The notes under the pieces are model-generated. The model did not search any database. It was given only the letters and a program-made list of their open reading frames with translations, and was not told the origin of the DNA. 64,000 nt of DNA from Pristiophorus japonicus (Eukaryota): positions 5,828,001-5,892,000 of the forward strand of contig NC_092006.1 in the NCBI RefSeq assembly GCF_044704955.1. The letters are read 5' to 3'. Positions 25,037 to 34,700 of the stretch are shown here, piece after piece (position 1 is the first letter of the stretch; the number at the start of each line of letters is the position of its first letter). A program made the translations under genes and the position numbers.

Positions 25037-28000
25037 GGAGGTGCAACGAGACCTGGGTGTCATGGTACATCAGTCATTGAAAGTTGGCATGCAGGTACAG
25101 CAGGTGGTGAAGAAGGCAAATGGCATGTTGGCCTTCATAGCGAGGGGATTTGAGTATAGGAGCAGGGAGGTCTTACTGCAGCTGTACAGGGCCTTGGTGA
25201 GGCCTCACCTGGAATATTGTGTTCAGTTTTGGTCTCCTCAGCTGAGGAAGGACATTCTTGCTATTGAGGGAATGCAGCAAAGGTACACCAGACTGATTCC
25301 CGGGATGGCAGGACTGACATATCAAAAAAGGCTGGATCGACTCGGCTTATATTCACTGGAATTTAGAAGAATGAGAGGGAATCTCATAGAAACATATAAA
25401 ATTCTGACGGGATTGGACAGGTTAGATGCAGGAAGAATGTTCCTGATGTTGGGGAAGTCCAGAACCAGGGGTCACAGTCTCAGGATAAGGGGTAAGCCAT
25501 TTAGGACCGAGATGAGGAGAAACTTCTTCACTCAGAGAATTGTGAACCTGTGGAATTCTCTACCACAGAAAGTTGTTGAGGCCAGTTCGTTGGATATATT
25601 CAAGAGGGAGTTAGATGTGGACCTTACGGCTAAAGGGATCAAGGGGTATGGAGAGAAAGCAGGAATGGGGTACTGAAGTTGAATGATCAGCCATGATCAT
25701 ATTGAATGGTGGTGCAGGCTCGAAGGGCCGAATGGCCTGCTCCTGCACCTACTTTCTATGTTTCTATATTTGGACGGACGGATAGATGGTAAACAGACAG
25801 ATAGTTTACAGATAATACAACACTTGGTAAAGCAGTGGATCAGGATGAGGATAATTATAGGCTGCAGGAGAGCACAGACGGGTTGGTGAAATGGCCGTCA
25901 GCACGGCCGGTGGGGTTCAAAGCGGGGAAGTGTTAAGTGTTTCAGTTTGGGAGGGGTAACATGGACAGACAATGTACTGTGAATGGCATCGAGCGAGCAC
26001 GTGATCCACCGGAAATGGCAGTATATTATTCTCCAATTTGACCCATGGATCGCCCAGGAATATACCTGCTCTCCCAGCAGGTAGATATGACCTAGCAGGA
26101 CAGAAGGACCTTATAATTGAGAAAGCTAAACATTGAGAGATCTGGGAGAGGTAAATCATTGAGATACTTACACACGAATTTGCAGAAAGGAAGATAATTT
26201 GAATGTATAACGTGACAGGGCTAACAATGATCTCTTACATCACCATTGAAGATATTAGTGAAGGAGAATAGTTACCGCTCAGCGATGAGATGCTTTCACT
26301 GATGAAATTGCCGGTGGAATTGACTGGAACGGCGCAAGTGCAGACAGCGCCACTCCGCCATGTTTCCGCCGAGACGCTGAGGTGACTCCCGACCGTGAGC
26401 GTCCCGTCCGGCTCGGTGGTCCCGGAGTCGCTCCGTCCCTCGGCGAGCCGTCCCGAAACATTCCAGCGGACGGGAAGGGAATCGGGAGTCAGGCTTCTGA
26501 CCAGACACAGCAGCGGGACCCTCGCCAGCGAGGGAATTTCGTCCTGCGGCGGAGTTAAGAGCTGTATTTCCGGAGACCCTGCCGAATTTGGGGAGGATTA
26601 ATATTCGACAGAAATCGCTCGTTATTTACAATGAAATTCGTAAACAAATTCTTACCTGTAATGAGCAATTTCGAGCCGTTTCCGAATATAAGGTGCAATA
26701 GACTAGATTTCTTAGCTGCGCAGAAATACACCCCTGAATCGTTCCCCTGGACCTCGTTCACAATCAGAGAGTAAATATTGAATTTGTCTTCAATTTGTCC
26801 GGAAAATCTCCCTTCAGGAATATTGTAGTTCCTCACAGTGTAAACTTTCTGGAGAGGTCCTCGGTTCTGCTGCTTATACCACTGCACAGCTCGAGTCAGC
26901 AACTGACCAGCGTGACAATCCGCCTTGAAGGTACTGCCAACCGAGAGAGTCTGGACCGACGGACTCTGGGCGAAATAGTCCTGGGAGGCAATAACTGAGA
27001 GAAGAACATGGTCACCACGGGGTCTGTTACAACAGGAATAAACACCGCTTCAGATCAAGAAACCCACACAGCAGTGAACGGTGAGAGAGGCGCTCGTGTT
27101 AAAGGAGCCTCATTTCTAATTGAGTTCAATGCTGAGGGTTAACATTGAGCCAATAACAGGAGGACAGAAGGAAGGAAGAGAAAAAAAGAAAGAGAAAGAG
27201 AAAGAAATAGAGAGAGAGAAGGAAAGAAAGAGAGAGAGCGAGAGAAAGAGATAGAGAGAGAAAAGAAANNNNNNNNNNNNNNNNNNNNNNNNNNNNNNNN
27301 NNNNNNNNNNNNNNNNNNNNNNNNNNNNNNNNNNNNNNNNNNNNNNNNNNNNNNNNNNNNNNNNNNNNNNNNNNNNNNNNNNNNNNNNNNNNNNNNNNNN
27401 NNNNNNNNNNNNNNNNNNNNNNNNNNNNNNNNNNNNNNNNNNNNNNNNNNNNNNNNNNNNNNNNNNNNNNNNNNNNNNNNNNNNNNNNNNNNNNNNNNNN
27501 NNGAGAAACAGATAGAGAAAAAGAAAGAAAGAGAGAGAGAAAGAAAGATAAAGAGATAGAGAGAGGGAAAGAAAGAGTTGGATTTATATAACGCCTTTCG
27601 CAACCACTGGACTCAAAGTGCTTTACAGCCAATGAAGTACTTTTTGAAGTGTAGTCACTGTTGTAATGTGGGAAACACGGCGCACAGCAAGCTCCCACAA
27701 ATAGCAATGTGTTAATGACCCAGATCATCTGTTTTCGAGATGCTGATTGAGGGATAAATATTGGCCCCAGGACACCGGGGAGAACTCCCCTGCTCTTCTT
27801 CGAAATAGTGGCCGTGGGATCTTTTACGTCCGCCCGAGAGAGCAGACGGGGCCTCGGTTTAACGTCTCAGGCAATAGATGCAGAATATTGACATTGGGTC
27901 TATTTCCCACCAGCCTGAGATATTGCAAGATGCTAATATCAGCGAACGCAGCGCGCAATCTCCGACTCGGCTGACGAGCTCGCTGATCTTACGCCGCAGT

Positions 28001-28075
28001 TCCGCCATGGATTACCAGCAAATTCGACTGACCTGGAAAGAGAAGGGCGAGCACGCAGGGAGCTAAGCGATGCAT
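20458..28075 (-). CDS. Gene 2: spliced IgSF receptor, L-VJ-C1-TM-tail with TLYAQL motif (~312 aa)
   Basis: Exons 28075-28033, 26994-26656, 26578-26276, 24611-24495, 23118-23060, 20535-20458 (939 nt, open). Exon sizes 43/339/117/59 equal those of gene 4. Minus-strand AATAAA at ~19637-19642. Confidence 0.88.
21395..22840 (+). mobile_element. CR1 3' fragment with internal 38-bp tandem expansion (21457-22372)
   Basis: About 24 units of ctggagagggtgcagaggagatttaccaggatgttgca (ALERVQRRFTRML). Confidence 0.9.
23060..23118 (-). CDS. Gene 2 exon 5, cytoplasmic (GNTASDEKFTDSRPGARDKE)
   Basis: ctttatttcag acceptor, GAG|gtgaga donor, 59 nt as in gene 4. Confidence 0.8.
23500..24448 (+). mobile_element. 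Tx1/L1-clade retrotransposon 3' fragment in a gene 2 intron
   Basis: CPRAGCGADETVTHLLQDC CCHC zinc knuckle, 3' UTR, AATAAA and poly(A). Confidence 0.75.
24495..24611 (-). CDS. Gene 2 exon 4, stalk + uncharged TM
   Basis: GLPLHSDCSLWVLVTCPVVLLLLLMVTVMASWSCRTRQS. tgtacag acceptor, G|gtagcg donor. Confidence 0.85.
24750..24963. other. Assembly gap (N)
   Basis: N run. Confidence 1.
25035..25767 (+). mobile_element. CR1 LINE 3' fragment
   Basis: ORF 25041-25676 and tail. Confidence 0.9.
26276..26578 (-). CDS. Gene 2 exon 3, C1-set domain
   Basis: SPEIQLLTPP..VPLLCLVRSLTPDSLPVRW..EPDGTLTVGSHLSVSAETWRSGAVCTCAV. Follows a 77-nt V-C intron. Absent from the ORF track because it has no start codon. 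Confidence 0.92.
26656..26994 (-). CDS. Gene 2 exon 2, joined VJ domain
   Basis: QSPSVQTLSVGSTFKADC..WYKQ..RFSG..DSGVYFCAAKKSSLLHLIFGNGSKLLIT. ttctctcag acceptor, G|gtaaga donor. Confidence 0.94.
27269..27502. other. Assembly gap (N) within an AG-rich repeat
   Basis: N run. Confidence 1.
28033..28075 (-). CDS. Gene 2 exon 1, signal peptide (MHRLAPCVLALLFP)
   Basis: 43 nt like the leaders of genes 3/4, donor G|gtcagt, homologous upstream region. Confidence 0.8.
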
Positions 28076-28639
28076 TGTCTGCGACCTGAGGCGTTTGCTG
28101 TCCAACTCCACACTGACGCTTTGCCGGGAGGTCTTTGCGCCCGCAAGCGACGTGAAATGCACACAGCTTGCAGAACGTGCGTTTAAAAATAGCGGTCTGG
28201 AAAATCCAACCCGGTGCAAAAGCTGGCTGCGGGTTTCCTGTTGACACACGAGGCGCCCACGCACAGATGTGCCTGCAAAGGGCAATGTGTTACAGCTGGT
28301 CTGAAGGGTGCTGTGCAGTCGAGACCCATTAAACCGTGAACTAACGCCAGGCGGTGCAGAATTCCACACACCGTGTACCGCTTGTGCAATTCGAGTGGCC
28401 GCGGGGGAATTATCCCGTTTCCGAGTGTTGCGATCGATTGGTCCAGAATGCATTCATTGATACACCCTTACTCGTACCAACAAAAAATGGATCACATTCT
28501 GCCCAGAGAATGCCCTTCAAATTCTTACACTGGTAAAAAAGCAGGCACAAGGCCTCTTTTTTTTTTTACCAGCGTAAGAGTTTAAAGCAACAGGAAAATA
28601 AAATATTATCACCTATTAGCTGTAGGCTGCAGGACTATA

Positions 28640-29108
28640 GAACTGACCACACTCGATCAGCTCTACTGGGCAGGCCACATAGTTCGCATGCCAGACACGA
28701 GACTCCCAAAGCAAATGCTCTATGCGGAGCTCCGTCATGGTAATCGAGCCAAAGGTGGGCAGAGGAAACGTTACAAGGACCACCCTCAAAGCCTCCCTGG
28801 TAAAGTGCGACATCACCACCGACACCTGGGAGACCCTGGCCGCAGACCGCCCGAGGTAGAGAACGTCCATCCGGGAGGGCGTTGAGCCCTTCGAGTCTCG
28901 ACGCAAAGAGCGTGAAGAGGTCAGGCACAGGCAGCGGAAGGAGCGCGCGGCAAACCAGCCCCACCCACCCCTTCCCCCGCCGAATGTCTGTCCCACCTGT
29001 GACAGGGTCTGTGACTCTCGTATCGGACCGTTCAGCCACCAGAGAACTCACTTTGGGAGTGGAGGCAAGTCTTCCCCGATTCCGAGGGACTGCCTGTGAT
29101 GATGATGA
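28640..29108 (+). mobile_element. RTE-clade LINE 3' fragment
   Basis: WAGHIVRMPDTRLPKQMLYAEL..GGQRKRYKD peptide and (GAT)n tail. Related piece at ~45135-45435. Confidence 0.75.
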
Positions 29109-29109
29109 T

Positions 29110-29960
29110 ACGATCAATGAACTGGTCAGGTGGGCAGAACAGCGGCAAATGGAATTCAATCCAGAGAAGTGTGAGGTAATGCATTTGGGGAGGGCTAACA
29201 AGGCAAGGGAATACATTGAATGGTCAGACACTGAGAAGTGTAGAGGAACAGAGGGACCTTGGAGTGCAGGTCCACAGATCCCTGAAGGTAGCAGGCCAGG
29301 TGGATAAGGTGGTTAAGAAGGCATACGGAATACCTGCCTTTATTAGCCGAGGCATGGAATACAAGAGCAGGGAGGTTATGCTTGAACTGTATAAAACACT
29401 GGTTAGGCCACAGCTGGAGTACTGCGTGCAGTTCTGGTCAGGAAAGATGTGATTGCACTGGAGAGGGGGCAGAGGAGATTTACCAGGATGTTGCCGGGAC
29501 TGGAGAACTTTAGCGATGAGGAAAGATTGGATAGGCTGGGGTTGTTTTCTTTGGAACAAAGGAGGCTGAGGGGAGAGCTTATTGAGGTGTCTAAAATTAC
29601 GAGGGGCCTGGATAGAGTGGATAGGACGGACCTGTTTCCCTTGGCAGAGGGGTCAACAACCAGGGGGCACAGATTTAAAGTAATTGGGGGGAGGTTTAGA
29701 GGAGATTTGAGGGGAAATTTCTTCACCCAGAGGGCGGTGGGGGTCTGGGGCGGAACTCACTGCCTGAAAGGGTGGTAGAGGCAGAAACCCTCACCACATT
29801 TAACAAGTACCTGGATGTGCGCTTGAAGTGCCGTAACCTACAGGGCTATGGACCGAGAGCGGGAAAGTGGGATTAGGCCGGGTAGCTCTTGGTCGGCCGG
29901 CGCGGACACGATGGGCTGAAACGGCCTCCTTCCGTGCCGTAAATGTCTATGATTCTACGA
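29110..29960 (+). mobile_element. CR1 LINE 3' fragment
   Basis: [25 protein letters not shown] peptides. Confidence 0.85.
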
Positions 29961-30789
29961 TTCGTACTTATGCCAACATAAATAGCCCACATTCTGCCCG
30001 GCGTATGCCCATGAAATTCTGACGCTGGCCAAAGCAGGAGCAAGTGGGTAGCACTCTCGTCTCAGAGTCAGAAGGTTGTGGGTTCAAGTCCCACTTCAGA
30101 GATTGAGCATACAACCCAGGGATGGAATACTTCTCGACCTGGAGTCCAGCTTGGTGCTGTCTATAATCCACATTTTTTCATTTCCTGGATTATCCAGCTA
30201 ACCAATTACTCACATGAACGTTCCTTTCTACGTAAGTAAGAATAACATGCAGCACAGCTCAATGCAAAATCCAACGTGCATGTTTTGGTAAACTGATAAA
30301 ACCTTATATCTGAATAACATTTTAAAAATGGCAAGTTATGACAGTAAACAGCAATAAGAGTGTATACCCGGCTATAATCCACAAACCCCCGCATTCAAAG
30401 TACATAATGAAGTGAAAACAATATGTATTTTCTCACTCTGACATTGCAATGACTCAGTAACGATTTCCCAGTCAATTGGTCTTGCAACAGTGCCTGAGCT
30501 ATCCTGTGGGTCCTTGGTTTCACTGACACACCGCACACATTTGTTCTTTCAATCTGTGCTGTAAATCGGCCGCAGAGATATTCTGAGCGCATCTGGACCG
30601 AGCGATCAAAGAGCAGGATTCACATCCACAACGCTGGGGTTTCAAAACCAGTTTAATTTATCTGTAAACATTACATATGAATTATATCACGTGCTGTATA
30701 AAGATGTACTCAGCACGGAAACCACAAATACAAGAATTTGGCATTACAATACTTGAAATTAGTTGAGTATATTCAAGACGGAGAGCGAT

Positions 30790-31410
30790 ATAGGAGCAGG
30801 AGTTGGCCATTCAGCCCCTCGAGCCTGCTCCGCCATTTAATACCATCATGGCCGCTCTGATCATGGACTCAGCTCCCCTTCCCCGCCTGTTCCCCATAAC
30901 CCTTTACTCTCTTATCGCTCAAAAATCTGTCTATCTCCACCTTAAATATATTCAATGACCCAGCCTCCACAGCTCTCTGAGTCAGCGAATTCCACAGATT
31001 TACAACCCTCTGAGAGAAGAAATTCCTCCTCATCTCAGTTTTAAGTGGGCGGCCCCTTATGCCCCCCCAGTTTTAGTTTCGCCTATGAGTGGAAACATCC
31101 TCTCTGCATCCACCTTGTCGAGCCCCCTCATTATCTTATATGTTTCCATTAGATCACCTCTCATTCTTCTGAACTCCAATGAGTAGAGGCCCAACCTACT
31201 CAACCTATCCTCATAAGTCAACCCCCTCCGGAATCAGCCGAGTGAACCTTCTCTGAACACCCTCCAATGCAAGTATATCCTTCCTTAAATACGGAGACCA
31301 AAACTGCACGCAGTACTCCAGGTGTGGCCTCACCAATACCCTGTACATTTGTAGCAGGACTTCTCTGCTTTTATACTCCATCCCCCTTGCAATAAGGCCA
31401 ACATTCCATT
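30790..31410 (-). mobile_element. CR1 LINE 3' fragment
   Basis: [13 protein letters not shown] peptide. Confidence 0.8.
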
Positions 31411-31489
31411 CCAGTTGAGATCGAAGATCGGCCATGATCTTATTGAATGGCGGAGCAGGCTCGAGGAGCCGAATGGCCTCCTCCTGCTC

Positions 31490-31753
31490 CTAATTCGTAT
31501 ATTCTAAAATAGAGATTAAACTGAACAGTAACCGACATATCATCGTAAGAACAGTGGCCCAACACAACGCTATGTAAGAGTCCATTTCAATGGTAGAGTT
31601 TTCGATTGGACCCAATTGGGAAATCGCGCCCAAACTATGTTTGAAATTGCACCGACTGTCCGGCAAAACAGAGGAAGCTTTGCACTCCATATCGTCTTTC
31701 CTTTCCCATCGGAGTGTTGGCTCCGTGTTAAATGCCAGCTGGGCATAAAGAGT
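31490..31753 (-). CDS. Gene 3 terminal exon (TLYAQLAFNTEPTLRWERK... extended)
   Basis: ttttctctcacag acceptor. Clear homologue of the gene 2 last exon, reading on for 87 aa. Confidence 0.65.
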   Translation of the reverse strand, partial: TLYAQLAFNTEPTLRWERKDDMECKASSVLPDSRCNFKHSLGAISQLGPIENSTIEMDSYIALCWATVLTMICRLLFSLISILEYTN

Positions 31754-34700
31754 CTGTGAGAGAAAACAGAAACAATTACCACGGCCCACATCTTCAGCGT
31801 CGGAACAGTGGGACAGGAGAGGGCCATTCAGCCCTTCGAGCCTGTTCCCCCATTCAGTTTGATCATGGCTAATGTGTATCTGAACTCCATCCGCCCGCCT
31901 TAAATACCCTCGCCCAACACCAATCTTTCATCGCAGTTTTGAACATTTCAATTGACCCTCAGCCTCAACAACTTTATGAGAGAGAGAGTTCCAGGTTCCC
32001 GCGGCCCTTTGTCTGAAGATGTGTTTCCTGACATCACCCCTGAACGGCCGGGCTCGAATTTTAAGGTCAAGCCCCCTTGTTCTGGACTCCCCAGACTCTC
32101 TCAAATTCTCTAATCATCTTAAATATCTCGATTACATCACCCTGTAATCTACACTCGAGGGAAAACAAGGCCAGTCTAAGAACATAAGAACATAAGATTT
32201 AGGAGCAGGAGTCAGCCATTCGGGCCCCTCGAGCTTGCTCCGCCATTCAATGAGATCACGGCTGACCATCGACCTCAACTCCACTTTCCTGCCCCATCTC
32301 CATATCCCTTGTTCCCCTCGATTCCGAAAATCTCTCGATCTCAGCCTTGAATATACTCAACGACTGAGTCTCCACAGCCCTCTGGGGCAGAGAATTCCAA
32401 AGATTCACCACCCTCTGAGTGAAGAAATTCCTCCTCATCTCAGTCCTAAATGGCCAAGCCCTTATCCTGAGACTGTGTGACCCCTGGTTCTAGACTCCCC
32501 AGCCCTGATATGATTCAATGAGATCACATCTCATTCTTCTAAACTCCAGAGAGTATAGGCCCAGTCTACTCAACAGGTATATGCAACCTGTCCCATAATA
32601 TAACCCTTTTAGCATGTTGGGACATTTTATTGGTTGTTGATAGCTCAGGTATAATTGTAGTGAATCGGCAATCCTGTGGGTATTTATAATTACTGACTGA
32701 AAATATCCAAATATAGATATTTGAATTTACTTTCAAATAAAAGGTGAATTTGTTTATTCGTTCCTGGGATGTGGGCGTGGCTGGCAAGGCCGGCATTTAT
32801 TGCCCATCCCTAATTGCCCCTTGAGAAGGTGGTGGTGAGCCGCCTTCTTGAACCACAGAGGGTGGTTAAGCACCATTCAAATCGCTGTGGGTTTGGAGTC
32901 ACGTATCAGCCAGACTGGGTAAGGGGCAGTAGATTTCTGTGATTTCCTTCCCTGAAACATAGAAACATAGAAACATAGAAAATAGGTGCAGGAGTAGGCC
33001 ATTCGGCCCTTCGAGCCTGCACCACCATTCAATATGATCATGGCTGATCATGCAACTTCTGTACCCCTTTCCTGCTTTTTCTCCATACCCCTTGATCCCT
33101 TTAGCCATAAGGGCCACATCTAACTCCCTTTTGAATATATCCAACGAACTGGCCTCAACATCTTTCTGTGGTAGAGAATTCCACAGGTTCACAATTCTCT
33201 GAGTGAAGAAGTTTCTCCTCATCTCGGTCCTAAATGGCTTACCCGTTATCCTTAGACTGTGACCCCTTGTTCTGGACTTCCCCAACATTGGGAACATTCT
33301 TCCTGCATCTAGCCTGTCCAATCCCGTCAGAATTTTATATGTTTCGATGAGATTCCCCTCTCATTCTTCTAAATTCCACTGAATATAAGCCTAGTCGATC
33401 CAGTCTTTCTTCATATGTCAGTCCTGCCATCCCGGGAATCAGTCTGGTGAACCTTCGCTGCACTCCCTCAATAGCAAGAATGTCCTTCCTCAGATTAGGA
33501 GACCAAAACTGCACACAATACTCCAGGTGTGGCCTCACTGAGGCCCTGTAGGAGGGCGATGGCTACGAAGCCAGGTCGCTGGTTGCAGTGCAGGCAGGCA
33601 CAGCAGGAGGGGCGACGGAGCAGCAAGAGTCCGTAGAGGGAAGTGATCGAGGCCCAAGAGAGGCGTGAATCTGGGGCCCAGAAGAGACGAGGGCCCAGGG
33701 GCAGCACGGGCCCAGCCCACACTGTGCGATATGTGCGCGCACTAGGCCCGTGCAGCAGAGCTGGTCTCCAGTCGTCCTGGTTCACCCTTGCCCCTGGACC
33801 AAGACCTCGCTCTGTCAAGCCCCGTGTGGTGGCTGGTGTGCAACGGTCACCCCACGTTAAAAAAAAACACCCACAGGGGCCTTCCACCCTTCAGGATGTA
33901 GTTCGGGATCTAGAATTTTAGGTTCTTTATTGAAACACTGTGAACTCATCCCTTTTTTGGCGTGGAATCAAGCCATACTCACTTCGAGGGACTGCCTATA
34001 ATGATGATACAACTGCAGTAAGACCTCCCTGTTCCTATACTCAAATCCCCTATACTGTCCTATACTCAAAGACATTAGTGACACCAGATGGGGTTTTACA
34101 ATCTGGTAATTTTATGGTCACCGTTACTTTTTAATTCCACATTTATTTGATTAATTGAATTTAAACTTCTCACCTACCATGGTGGGATTGGAATTCGGGT
34201 CCCCGGGATTAATAGTCCAGGCGCCTGGATTACTAGCCCGCTGACATAACCACTATGCTACCGTTCTGTCGTGTTGAGCGAAGACAGCTCTTTTCCTATC
34301 TACCGCCTGGAACAGCGAACCACCCTGCAAGCGGATAAATTGGGAGTGCGGAGGAGTTTGAAGCACCTTGCGACCATCCCTACCTGACTGCCGCTCCGGA
34401 CAGCCGCCACAGACACCATCAGGAGCAGGAGAAGCGCCGCCAACAAATTCAGGACCAACCGCAATCCGTAGGCGCTCTGTGACGGAGACACTGTAAGAAA
34501 AGAGCTTTTTTAAAGAAAAAGGACGTTTCTGCAAAGAGTTAAACAAGTGCAGCCACCGAGCAAATCTGCTTGTGGAATTTCACACAAAACATTTTGCATA
34601 GTTCCCCAGCGAGCAGATATCTGAGAGGCCCCTGCTTACCGATAACTTTGCAATTAACAAGGACTGCGATGTTGCGATAGACAGGCAGACACGGGCAGAC

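Noticed and set aside
26276-26994. Calling the genes bona fide TCR or Ig light chains
   Set aside because: No RSS or separate segments were seen, the TM lacks the full TCR conserved motif, and there are multi-exon tyrosine-motif tails. Light chains have no TM.
34262-34324. Possible 63-nt cytoplasmic exon of gene 3 (GGSLFQAVDRKRAVFAQHDRT)
   Set aside because: It is in frame, but needs a 59-nt intron, its donor lies in a SINE-like head, and it shows no similarity to the paralogous exon. Unresolved without cDNA.
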